From a virus (Duplodnaviria > Caudoviricetes): DNA of 36,503 nt. The translations under genes and the position numbers were made by a program. The stretch lies in IMG/VR virus record IMGVR_UViG_3300008255_000075, positions 1 to 36,503 of that record. The stretch is one strand, 5' to 3'. Below, one piece after another: positions 16,152-25,292 of the stretch; the first letter of the stretch is position 1, and every line of letters begins with the position of its first letter. The notes beneath the pieces are model-generated. The model had not been told where the DNA came from. It ran no database searches and was given only the letters and a program-made list of their open reading frames with translations.

Positions 16152-16865
16152 ATGGACGAAAGTCAAACTACTCCTGAGTTGGAGGCTAAAGAAACTCAAG
16201 AGGTTGATGAGGTTCAGGAAACTGAAGTTCAAGAGCCAACCGTAGCTGAGATTATGAACAAGGTAGACGATAAGACTGTCCCTTTGAACACTTTCCTTGA
16301 AACTAAAAAGGAAAAGAAAGCATTGGAAAAAGAACTATCTAATCTACAAGCTCAAATCAAAGCTGGTGCTACTCCTAAGGAAGCTAAGGCTTCACTTAAA
16401 GAGATAGCCGACAAGTATGATGTGGATGTTAATTTCATTACTGAACTTTCATCTGCTATCTACGCTCAAGCCCAAGAAGATGTAGAAGAGAGGTTGAACT
16501 CTAAACTACAACCTCTAGAAGCTAAGGATAGGGAAGAAAAGATTAACAAAGCTTTTAATGAACACTACGAAAAGGTCATCGCTGAGATGCCTGAGTATGA
16601 GAAAGTAATTAACAAGAATGTTATTAAGTCCCTTTCATTACTTCCTGAGAACTCTAAGAAGACTTTTCAACAAATCATAGAGGAGACTTACGGTAATTCT
16701 GTCACTGGTAAGCGAACGATGGAAACATCTACTCCTCGTGGAGGGAAAGACCAATCGATAGACTTTAATAGAACTAACGACCCTGAGTATTTCAAACAGA
16801 TTATGGCTAGTCCAGAACTAAAAAAGAAATATAATGAAGGTCTACTCTCCCGAATAAACTTATAG
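16152..16865 (+). CDS. Capsid scaffolding protein
   Basis: Acidic N-terminus, TVPLNTFLETKKEKK coiled coil; immediately upstream of the capsid gene. Confidence 0.8.
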   Translation: MDESQTTPELEAKETQEVDEVQETEVQEPTVAEIMNKVDDKTVPLNTFLETKKEKKALEKELSNLQAQIKAGATPKEAKASLKEIADKYDVDVNFITELSSAIYAQAQEDVEERLNSKLQPLEAKDREEKINKAFNEHYEKVIAEMPEYEKVINKNVIKSLSLLPENSKKTFQQIIEETYGNSVTGKRTMETSTPRGGKDQSIDFNRTNDPEYFKQIMASPELKKKYNEGLLSRINL

Positions 16866-16883
16866 ACAGATTAAAAATCAAAT

Positions 16884-16919
16884 ATGTTGACTGATTTTAA
16901 ACCCCATTTTGACAATGCT
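16884..16919 (+). CDS. Major capsid protein, exon 1 (MLTDFKPHFDNA)
   Basis: ATG after an AT-rich leader; ends in U paired to a G of the internal guide; joins exon 2 in frame. Confidence 0.88.
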
Positions 16920-17100
16920 TAACTTGATAGGCTCTTGAGAACAATAGAAATATTGAAGCTCATAGGAAACGGCTTTAATTCGGTGGAACTCCAAGCTATT
17001 TAAAATAGATGGACAATACCGAGCCAGCAGAGAGAATTACGAAAGGTCTCTCGGGCGTGTGTGACGGTCAGAAAAATGACTAATATAATAAGCAAACTAT

Positions 17101-17754
17101 ATGAAAAAACATATTGAATTGCCGAAGGAAGTAAAAGAGTATTGTATAGGTTTTTTTCTAGGAGATGGTTATCTCTTTAAGATAAAAAACGGAAACAATT
17201 GTTCATTGAAAATCGGTCACGGACTAAAACAAGAGAACTATTTGATTTGGAAACATAAACTTCTTAATAATTTATCACGAGAGATAAAATATACTCGTAT
17301 AGACGACAAAAGAAGAAATAAGGTTTACCACATTAAAAGTTTTGAAACTCGGACTCACAAGTTTTTTACTCGCTATTGGGAACTTCTTTATCATAAAGGA
17401 AAAAAGAAGCTCCCCGAGCGGATACTAAAACAAATGACTCTAATAACATTGGCAGCGTGGATTATGGACGATGGGTGTCTTTCGGAAAACAATAAGAAAA
17501 GAAGGACAACAAATTGGAATTATACACTTGCTACTCATTGTTTTTCAGTGATTGAAATTCAATTACTTCTTAGGTATCTAGAAGAAAAATTTGGATTAGA
17601 AGGTAAGATGCATAGAGATAGAGATAAGTTTAAACTTTGGTTTAATACCACTAATTCTATAAAACTTGCTAACCTAATAAAACCTTATGTTCCCGAATGT
17701 ATGGAATATAAAGTCAAACCAATATTAGAAAGATACATAGTCAGGGGTGAATAA
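17101..17754 (+). CDS. Intron-encoded double-motif LAGLIDADG homing endonuclease (I-SceI-like)
   Basis: Motifs YCIGFFLGDGYL and LAAWIMDDGCL; C-terminal IKPYVPECMEYK. Confidence 0.92.
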   Translation: MKKHIELPKEVKEYCIGFFLGDGYLFKIKNGNNCSLKIGHGLKQENYLIWKHKLLNNLSREIKYTRIDDKRRNKVYHIKSFETRTHKFFTRYWELLYHKGKKKLPERILKQMTLITLAAWIMDDGCLSENNKKRRTTNWNYTLATHCFSVIEIQLLLRYLEEKFGLEGKMHRDRDKFKLWFNTTNSIKLANLIKPYVPECMEYKVKPILERYIVRGE

Positions 17755-17798
17755 ATATAATCCCCATTAAAAAGCCGACAGAAGAAGTAATTTGTTTT

Positions 17799-17828
17799 TT
17801 GACAATATAATAATTAATGTGTTATCAT
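17799..17828 (+). promoter_or_regulatory. Intron-internal sigma70 promoter for the HNH-like ORF
   Basis: TTGACA-18nt-TATCAT with TG extension, 26 nt upstream of ATG 17855. Confidence 0.65.
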
Positions 17829-17854
17829 AAGGTTATAATTATTAAAATAATCTT

Positions 17855-18316
17855 ATGTGGAACGACAAGGAGAAGCAACGAGCATATAATCTAAAATACC
17901 GTCTTGAAAATAAAGAAAGGTTAAAAAAACTTCAAGATGACTACTATGCTAAAAATAGGCTTAAAAGGATTAAATCCGCTAGAGATTATAATATTAAAAA
18001 CAGAGAGTTAATTAATAAAAAAAGAACTACAATACGGCATACGCCAATAGGCAGACTAAAGTCTATAATAAGTAGTGCTAAGACTAGAAAAATTGATTTC
18101 TTTTTAACTAATAACGAAGCTGTTGATATAATGTCTAAACCTTGTTTTTATTGCGGTGATAGTATCCCAGTTGGAATAGATAGAATAGATAGTAATTTAG
18201 GATATACAATAGAAAACTCTGTTGCTTGTTGCTCTATGTGTAATTATATGAAAAAAGATTTTACACAAAAAGACTTTATAGAGCAATGTAAAAAAATATC
18301 TTCTCACATTAAATAA
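17855..18316 (+). CDS. Intron-encoded HNH-like (beta-beta-alpha-metal) endonuclease
   Basis: Basic helical N-terminus; PCFYCG..GIDRIDSNLGYTIENSVACCSMCNYMK. Confidence 0.85.
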   Translation: MWNDKEKQRAYNLKYRLENKERLKKLQDDYYAKNRLKRIKSARDYNIKNRELINKKRTTIRHTPIGRLKSIISSAKTRKIDFFLTNNEAVDIMSKPCFYCGDSIPVGIDRIDSNLGYTIENSVACCSMCNYMKKDFTQKDFIEQCKKISSHIK

Positions 18317-18414
18317 TTATATTATTAAAACAAATATTATACCCTGTATGATATGACCTGAACACCATAGAAATATGGTGAAGGTGGAAATAGAAAGCCA
18401 CCGATAACATTCTG

Positions 18415-19581
18415 TATCAAGAAACCTTCCTTAAAACATTGGTTGGTAAATCTATTGCTAACCTCCGCTTTAAGGACTTAGCTAAGATGGGTGAAAGTGT
18501 TGAGCGTGTTGCTTATGACCTTTCTGGTGTTGTTGTCCGTTCCACTGTGCGTGGTTCTGCTTCTACTATTGACGCTGTGACTGACTCTTCTGAGCTGTTG
18601 CTGGTTAATGTAGAAAAGGAAGCTGTTATTCACATCTCTGATGGTGAAGCTACACAAGCTGGTCCTTTAAATCCAGGTGAGCAGATTGGTGCTGAAATTG
18701 CACATATGGTATCTCAAGACTTAGACGCTCGTATTCTCTATGAGACTAAGAGTGCTTTATTAGCTTTTGATACTGGCGATTTGACTACTGGTGTTTCTAC
18801 TGGTGTCCCAATCACTCTATCTAGCACAACTGTTCCTCAGATGACTACTCGTATGGCTGCTAAATTAGGTAGCAATAACCAAGTGTTGACTAACCTTGTT
18901 TGGGTTGTTGACCCTTATATTGCTTCTGATATTGAACAGTATCTAATGGGTAAGAGTATTGACCTTGCTGGCTTCGTCTTTAAGAATGGTTATAGTGGTC
19001 CAGTGCGTAACGCTGACCTTTACATCTCTAACAACCTGACTGGTGAAGCTGTGTTGACCTTCTCTAGTGGTTTGGCTTCTGATGGTGATACTATTACTAT
19101 TGGCGGTGTGGTCTTTACTTTGAAGACTTCATTGAGTTCTGGTCCTGCTGTTGCTGGTGAAGTTGTGTTAGGTTCTACCTTTGCTGACACCATCACTAAC
19201 TTGGCTGCTGCTATCAACACTCCTGGCACTACCACTTCTACCTTCACTGCTTTGAGTGCTGCTAACCAAGCTATTATTAGTAACACTTTGAAATTAGTTG
19301 CTACTGGCACAGCTACCACTCTGACTATTGTTGGAACTGGTTCTGGCCGTATGACTATTTCTGAGTCTGCTACTAATGTTGCTTTGACTTACAACTTTAT
19401 CCACTCTTACTTTGGTAAGAAAGGTGGTATTGATGTAGTGGTTCAGAACTTTAAGCCTGTTGATATGCGTCCTACTGATGACCGTAGAGGAACTAATATC
19501 TTTAGTTCATACCTCGCAGGTATCAAAGTTTTTGCGGATGGTGCCAAAAAGTACCTCGATGTTAAGATAATCGTAGCTTAG
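18415..19581 (+). CDS. Major capsid protein, exon 2 (spliced product 400 aa)
   Basis: YQETFLKTLVGKSIANLRF... in frame with exon 1; follows the scaffold; strongly T-ending codon bias typical of high expression. Confidence 0.88.
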   Translation, partial: YQETFLKTLVGKSIANLRFKDLAKMGESVERVAYDLSGVVVRSTVRGSASTIDAVTDSSELLLVNVEKEAVIHISDGEATQAGPLNPGEQIGAEIAHMVSQDLDARILYETKSALLAFDTGDLTTGVSTGVPITLSSTTVPQMTTRMAAKLGSNNQVLTNLVWVVDPYIASDIEQYLMGKSIDLAGFVFKNGYSGPVRNADLYISNNLTGEAVLTFSSGLASDGDTITIGGVVFTLKTSLSSGPAVAGEVVLGSTFADTITNLAAAINTPGTTTSTFTALSAANQAIISNTLKLVATGTATTLTIVGTGSGRMTISESATNVALTYNFIHSYFGKKGGIDVVVQNFKPVDMRPTDDRRGTNIFSSYLAGIKVFADGAKKYLDVKIIVA

Positions 19582-19590
19582 TAATTCATT

Positions 19591-19615
19591 GAGGGGAGCG
19601 TAAAAAACTCCCCTC
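19591..19615 (+). terminator. GC-rich hairpin after the capsid gene
   Basis: GAGGGGAG-CGTAAAAAA-CTCCCCTC; no clear U-tract. Confidence 0.55.
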
Positions 19616-19629
19616 TCTAAAGATATTTT

Positions 19630-20271
19630 ATGCAAACAGACCCAAGTTTAGCAGGTATCCTAATCCAAGAGACTAATAGTGAGGGTTTGATTACCTCTTG
19701 TCAGTCTTCTGGTAATTTAGATACAACTGCTTCAAAATTTGCTAAGGGTTGTGTCTTAGTTGATACGACAACTGGTCTCGCTTACTATAACTCTGGCTCT
19801 GTAGCTGTTCCTGTTTGGAACTCTACAAGTGAGGTTACAGCGGACGAGATGCCAGACAACACTATTAAGACCGCTACTATCACCTTAACTGCTGCTGAAA
19901 TTGTTGGCACTGATGCTGGTGATATTGGTCACGCTTCTGGTGCTGTCTTAGTTGCCGCTCCTGGTGCTGGGAAGTTGTTAGAGTTTGTTAGTGCTGTGTG
20001 TTCTTACACTTACGATACTGCCGCCTATACTGGTGGTGCTGACGATTGTGTAATTAGACAAGGTGCAACAGCTGTCTCTGCTCCTATTGCTAAGGCTGAC
20101 TTACTAGCTGATACAGCAAGCGACATCGCTTATGTAAACGCTCTAAGTGCTGCTGATATTAAGTTGACTGCTAATAGCACTCTTAACTTCGCAGGAACTG
20201 CCTTTACACAGCCTGGAACTGCCGCTGGCACATTGAAGATTTTACTCACATATCGTGAACATACTCTTTAA
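19630..20271 (+). CDS. Putative capsid decoration/minor structural protein
   Basis: A/T/G-rich, beta-rich; directly after the capsid gene. Confidence 0.6.
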   Translation: MQTDPSLAGILIQETNSEGLITSCQSSGNLDTTASKFAKGCVLVDTTTGLAYYNSGSVAVPVWNSTSEVTADEMPDNTIKTATITLTAAEIVGTDAGDIGHASGAVLVAAPGAGKLLEFVSAVCSYTYDTAAYTGGADDCVIRQGATAVSAPIAKADLLADTASDIAYVNALSAADIKLTANSTLNFAGTAFTQPGTAAGTLKILLTYREHTL

Positions 20272-20326
20272 TCCTTTTAGAGTCCGTTATTACTAACGGG
20301 CTTTATAAAGAAATTAAAACTACTAT

Positions 20327-20896
20327 ATGATTGGTTCTGAGTTAATCGCAAAATTCGAGACGCAAGTGGACGATATAACAGAGTTGTCTGCTTCTGATGA
20401 GTTAGACCTCTTAAATAAAGTCTATAATGATGTTTGGAGTGATAGACCTTGGGAGTTTACTAAAAAAGGCTTCTCTGGAGCTATAAGTGGGACTTCAATC
20501 GCTCTCCCTAGTGACTTTGCTTATATCTTTGGAGATGAAAAGATTGTTAAGGTCGGGACTGTTAAATATACCCTAGTTAGTTGGTCTGAAAGGGCTGATT
20601 ATGACAGTGCTGGTTATTGTTGGGTTGATATTGTCAATTCTCTCCTAGTCTTCTCGTCTTCTGTAAGTGGGACTGTGACTTATGATTATATCTTTTTCCC
20701 AGCTGACCTTACCTTAGCTACGAGTCCAGCTTTCCCTGCCACCTTTCATCACATTTTATATCACTTAATGGCTATGGAAGATTATATTATTCAACAATCA
20801 GACAAGGCTAAGAGTTATGCTCCTGAAAACCAAGCACAAGCCGATAAATGGATGACTAAATTAAGATATTGGAACGCAAATCTAAACTTATCATAA
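20327..20896 (+). CDS. Head-tail adaptor (tail tubular protein A-like)
   Basis: RPWEFTKK..IALPSDF..FPATFHHIL; position before the nozzle. Confidence 0.7.
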   Translation: MIGSELIAKFETQVDDITELSASDELDLLNKVYNDVWSDRPWEFTKKGFSGAISGTSIALPSDFAYIFGDEKIVKVGTVKYTLVSWSERADYDSAGYCWVDIVNSLLVFSSSVSGTVTYDYIFFPADLTLATSPAFPATFHHILYHLMAMEDYIIQQSDKAKSYAPENQAQADKWMTKLRYWNANLNLS

Positions 20897-22725
20897 TGGA
20901 CTTTCCTATCAAGCTCTTTAGTAAGGGCATACACAACACCCTAATAGACACTGAAATACCTAGAGAAGCCTCTAGCGGTTCTTATAATTGGATTACCCAA
21001 AGTGGAAGAATTATCTTAGCTGGTGGTCGTCAATTAGTTGGAACTGCTGGAGTGATTGGAAAGATTAACGGATTGTGGACAGGCTACAAGACGAATGGCG
21101 ATAAAGTTATTTATCGTAAGACTGCTGATAAAATCCAATACTTTGACGGAACTGATTGGGCTGATATTCTAACCAGCTTGACCGACACCGACATCTCGTT
21201 CGCTAACTATTCATCTCTAGCTGGTGCTTTCACCTTAATAAATGGAGCTGACGGGTTCTGGTTGATAAATAACGCTAATCCTGACTCTGCTGTTGACCTT
21301 TACGACTCGGCTAAGAACTTTAAGGGGTATATTATAATTGATAAGGGTCGCTGTTTACTTTGGAACAGGGACAAGGACAAGACAGGTCTTTATGGCTCTT
21401 ATATTGATTTACAAAACTCAACTGTCTACACCACAGTAACAGCAGAAGCAATCGCAGGTTCAGGAACTGGTCGCTCAGGCACTCTAGCTTTTAAAGCGAG
21501 TGGTGCTAAGCGTGTTTGTTTCGGTGTAACTTTTACAGATGGAACTGAAACATTTACTGATAACTATGACGGGACTCTAACAGGTTCGGCTGGTGGAACA
21601 GGAACTATCAACTACGCTACTGGTGCTTACGATATTACTTTCAATGCTTCAGCTGTCACTGTAACTTCTACTTATCAATGGCAAGACTTCACCGCTCACG
21701 GATTAGCAGACTTCACTAAGAGTGCTACAAGGCTCGCTGGTGAAGGTTTTCAATTCCCTCAAGACGAAGGTGGTGACGCTATCTTAAATGTTCTTATAGG
21801 GCAAGATGGGGCTTACTACTCAATCAAGAGTCAGAGTGCTTACCGCTTAGCGATTGAAGCTGTTGATACTAACGCTACTAATGATGTTTACCGCAAAGAT
21901 TTAGGACTTCCTAACTGGAGGTGTGCTATCTCAACTTCTAAAGGAATTGTATTTATAAATAACGCCAACCCAGTTAATCCAGTCCTAACTATCCTAAGAA
22001 AGAACGAGCTAGGTGATAGTGTAGAGCCTTATGTCTTATGTCCTCAATTTAACTTCGCTCTTTATAACTATGAAGACGCTTGTATTGATACTTATGACAG
22101 ATATGTGATTATCGCTTGTAAAACCCTAGACGCTGACGAAAACAATACAATCCTATTCTGTAACTTAGCAGACAACACTGTAGATATTGTGAAATATGAA
22201 GCTCGTGTCTTCACTAAAGACGGAATTAAACTTTATGTCGGTTCACCTATCACTCAAGATGTCTATCAGATTTTAGTAGGCTTTGATGATGAAAGTTTAG
22301 CGATTGAAAATGAATGGATTTCTAAAGGTGAAACTTACGGAACAGACTTATTAAAAAAGTTTAAGCGATTAAGATTTAAGGGTATTATTGACCCAGACCA
22401 AAACATTGAAGTGTGGGGAGATTTTGACAACGCAGGCTTCTCACTCTTAGCAACGATTGAAGGCTCGGCTGACTATGTAGATTATTCTAACCCTCAAACT
22501 ATCGGCTCTAACTTTATAGGTGGTGCTCAAATTGGTGGTGATGATATGTCTACCGCTTATCCATTTATCTGTGAGTTAAGAGTTAGAATGACCAAGTTTA
22601 ATAAGCGAAACTTAAAGTTTATCGCCACTGGGATTGGTTATGCGGAACTTCAAAACTTTGTTGATTTTGACATTTTACCTTATGAGAACAAACTGGCGAA
22701 GAAATATCGCACTAAACGAACTTAA
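20896..22725 (+). CDS. Tail nozzle / tail tubular protein B-like (P22 gp10-like)
   Basis: Beta-rich ~610 aa; probable start at the TAATG overlap (20896); C-terminal KKFKRLRF. Confidence 0.7.
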   Translation: MDFPIKLFSKGIHNTLIDTEIPREASSGSYNWITQSGRIILAGGRQLVGTAGVIGKINGLWTGYKTNGDKVIYRKTADKIQYFDGTDWADILTSLTDTDISFANYSSLAGAFTLINGADGFWLINNANPDSAVDLYDSAKNFKGYIIIDKGRCLLWNRDKDKTGLYGSYIDLQNSTVYTTVTAEAIAGSGTGRSGTLAFKASGAKRVCFGVTFTDGTETFTDNYDGTLTGSAGGTGTINYATGAYDITFNASAVTVTSTYQWQDFTAHGLADFTKSATRLAGEGFQFPQDEGGDAILNVLIGQDGAYYSIKSQSAYRLAIEAVDTNATNDVYRKDLGLPNWRCAISTSKGIVFINNANPVNPVLTILRKNELGDSVEPYVLCPQFNFALYNYEDACIDTYDRYVIIACKTLDADENNTILFCNLADNTVDIVKYEARVFTKDGIKLYVGSPITQDVYQILVGFDDESLAIENEWISKGETYGTDLLKKFKRLRFKGIIDPDQNIEVWGDFDNAGFSLLATIEGSADYVDYSNPQTIGSNFIGGAQIGGDDMSTAYPFICELRVRMTKFNKRNLKFIATGIGYAELQNFVDFDILPYENKLAKKYRTKRT

Positions 22726-22750
22726 AATATAATTATTAAATACTAAAAAT

Positions 22751-23911
22751 GTGCCTATAAAAAAACTATTAGCCGACTTTAGAACTTCATTATCTGCTAA
22801 GATTTCAGCAGGTGGAACTTCTGGCTCAATTCAAAACAACTTAGACGATGATGGGGTCATTTTACCGACTGGCTCTTATTACTTTACTTTAGACGCTGAC
22901 AATGCTCAAAAAGAACATATCAGAGCAACTCTAACCGCTAAGAACTTAACTGATATTTATTCAGTATCAAGGCAGGGTGTGGAAACATCTGGAACTGTTA
23001 GAGAGCATCGTATTGGAGCGACTGTTTCAATCACAGACTTTGCTCACATTCTCGTTCATAACAAGATTTTAAACGGAGATGAAGCTCTGGTGAATAAGAT
23101 TAGTTACGCTACTGACTTAACTTTTACAGACGACAAAGAACTTGTGCCTAAGAAGTATGTTGACGATATTGCTATCGCAGGTGCTCCTGACTCAACCGTA
23201 GCTGTCAAGGGTATTGTCTTGATGTCTTCTGCTCCCACAGTGCCGACAGCTCCCACAGCTCTTAACAGTGAAGAAGTAAGTGCCTCTGGTGGAACTGGTG
23301 CTGGCGAAGATAAAGTTGTTAGAGCTAATGCTTCTGGTTACATAGACAAAGACTTTATAGAACTAGGCACTGACCCAGGGCTTGAGTTTGTTAGTAATGG
23401 ACTAGAAGCTAAGATTAAAAGTGCTGGTGGATTGGTTAAGGACGCAGATGGGCTGAGTGTGGATACAGGAACTACTGATGGTAAGATTGTCCAAATGACT
23501 ACTGGCGATAAACTCCCAGCAGTAGATGGCAGTAATTTGACTGGGATAAATAATTATACTGTTATTAGTGCCACAAGAGATAGGACAGCTTCTAGTGGCG
23601 ATGTGACTTATGCTCACGGACTTGGCGTTGTTCCTAAAAAAATTACAGTAAATATGGTAACGGTAGGGGCATTTAGTTATGGTGTTTATGATGTTGGAGG
23701 CAACCAATATTGTAATTATGTTGACTCAGGAAGTGGTGGTTATGGCTCACATCAAGGTCAAGCCTCTAATGTAGTTGACTATGAAGGTAGTGGCGTGTCT
23801 CAATATGGTTCTATTACCGCAGTTGACGCTACTAATATAACAATTACTTGGACTAAGGCTGGTTCTCCTAGTGCTGGCACTTTATCTTTAATTATAGAAA
23901 GCGAGATTTAA
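22751..23911 (+). CDS. Tail-associated structural protein / short fibre
   Basis: GTG start; RQGVETSGTVREHRIGATV, KKYVD, LPAVDGSNLTG and YAHGLGVVPK fibre-type motifs. Confidence 0.65.
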   Translation: MPIKKLLADFRTSLSAKISAGGTSGSIQNNLDDDGVILPTGSYYFTLDADNAQKEHIRATLTAKNLTDIYSVSRQGVETSGTVREHRIGATVSITDFAHILVHNKILNGDEALVNKISYATDLTFTDDKELVPKKYVDDIAIAGAPDSTVAVKGIVLMSSAPTVPTAPTALNSEEVSASGGTGAGEDKVVRANASGYIDKDFIELGTDPGLEFVSNGLEAKIKSAGGLVKDADGLSVDTGTTDGKIVQMTTGDKLPAVDGSNLTGINNYTVISATRDRTASSGDVTYAHGLGVVPKKITVNMVTVGAFSYGVYDVGGNQYCNYVDSGSGGYGSHQGQASNVVDYEGSGVSQYGSITAVDATNITITWTKAGSPSAGTLSLIIESEI

Positions 23912-23970
23912 TTTCTCTATCTGCTCATTATTATTAGTGAGTAGTTAAGACTAAATTATAAAATATAAAT

Positions 23971-25290
23971 ATGGCAGTTTACATCAATTTAACAACTGGT
24001 CAAATGGCAAATGTCCCTACTCTTGGTATGGTGCCTTTTACTGGTCAAAGCCTTGCTCCTGAGGCACCTATCGTTCCCAATACTCCAGTTACTCCAACAC
24101 CAACAACTTCTGATATCTATTCAGGCATTGACTACGAAACACCAGAAGAGCGAGCTTTTAGAGAAGCACAGGCTCAACAGATGATGGACCAAGCTAATCT
24201 CCCGATTGACGAGAACGCTATTAGACAACAGACACAGGCTAGATTTCAAGCTGAGATTGACGCTCTAAACCGTGTCTATGCTGAGAAGGCTCGCCAAGAG
24301 GGTATCGCTGGTCAAGGTCGCTTAGGCTCGGCTGGTGCGGTTCAAGCTCGCAGAGGACTGCTCGGCTCTGATTTTGGTGCGGCTCAAACAGCAGGTCAAC
24401 AAGTCGCTAATCAAGAGGCGATGAGTGCTATTGAAAGCGAGAGAGCTTATAAAGAGAGTGGTATTCTTTCTCAAGCTCGTAACCTTGCTACCGCTGAGAT
24501 TGAAAAGAAAACAGAAGCCAAGAGATTAGGTGCTGAAAGCTATCTAGCTTATATTTCAGGACAGAAAGAAACCAGAAAGACGAATACTAAAGCTGTTGCT
24601 AAAATGCTTTATGATAACGAGGCTTTTGAAACCGAAGACTTGAACGCCATTGCTAAAGAGTTAGGCGTGAGTGTTGAAAGTCTAAAAGCTGAATACAACG
24701 ATTATAAGAAGACTGCTGACGCTCAACAAGCTAAAGCTAAGGCAGAAGCTGAAAAACTAGCTTTAGATACCCGTAAGACTGAGGCTGACATCGCTAAAAC
24801 TGAGGCAGATACCAAGACCCCACAAAGTGAATTAGTGGCTCGTGAAACAGGTCTATTGAAAGAGGGTTATTCTTATGTCCAAACTCCAGCCGAGAGAGAC
24901 CAACTTATTAAACAGGGTTATGATATCTCAATTATAGGTGGTCGGACTTATGCTAAAGCTCCTAAACTAACCACTAAGACAGTTAAGGTCGGTTATACTA
25001 CCTACTCAATCACTACTAACGAAGCTGGTGATGTTGTAAAGAAAACTGTTGTGGCTGGTGGTGGAGGTTCTGGAGTGCCTAGTTCAAACCCAAGTGAAAA
25101 GACAGCTATTACTGAAATGACTGGAGCGATGAGCCAAGTCGTTGGTGCTGATGGGTATATTAGTCCTCAAGACTACACTGAGTTAAGGAAACAATGGGCT
25201 GACGCCGGAATGAACACAACTACTTTTGACACTAAGTTTAAGGGGTATAGGAATCCAAATAATCCTAATTATGTAACTGTTAAACAGTAA
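23971..25290 (+). CDS. Probable DNA-ejection/internal virion protein 1
   Basis: A/Q-rich helical protein with QARRGLLGSDFG; position after tail genes. Confidence 0.6.
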   Translation: MAVYINLTTGQMANVPTLGMVPFTGQSLAPEAPIVPNTPVTPTPTTSDIYSGIDYETPEERAFREAQAQQMMDQANLPIDENAIRQQTQARFQAEIDALNRVYAEKARQEGIAGQGRLGSAGAVQARRGLLGSDFGAAQTAGQQVANQEAMSAIESERAYKESGILSQARNLATAEIEKKTEAKRLGAESYLAYISGQKETRKTNTKAVAKMLYDNEAFETEDLNAIAKELGVSVESLKAEYNDYKKTADAQQAKAKAEAEKLALDTRKTEADIAKTEADTKTPQSELVARETGLLKEGYSYVQTPAERDQLIKQGYDISIIGGRTYAKAPKLTTKTVKVGYTTYSITTNEAGDVVKKTVVAGGGGSGVPSSNPSEKTAITEMTGAMSQVVGADGYISPQDYTELRKQWADAGMNTTTFDTKFKGYRNPNNPNYVTVKQ

Positions 25291-25292
25291 AT

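Larger units (their letters stand above)
16920..18414 (+). mobile_element. Group I self-splicing intron (IA-like, with P7.1/P7.2), 1495 nt
   Basis: P1 U16919-G16930; P10 CUUGAUA (16923-29) with exon 2 UAUCAAG; P3 CGGCUUU 16970-76 / AAAGCCG 17771-77; P4 UUCGGU/ACCGAG; P7 A-(C)-GGUCA 17064-70 / UGACCU 18354-59; P9 CACCAUA-GAAA-UAUGGUG; terminal G at 18414. Confidence 0.95.

Noticed and set aside
17077-17743. Nested second intron (twintron) around the LAGLIDADG ORF
   Set aside because: Only a P7-like helix is present, without the bulged G-site geometry or its own P1, P3 and P4-P6.
18439-19581. Capsid gene starting at TTG 18439 as in the ORF track
   Set aside because: Intron boundaries and P10 pairing give an in-frame join to ATG 16884.
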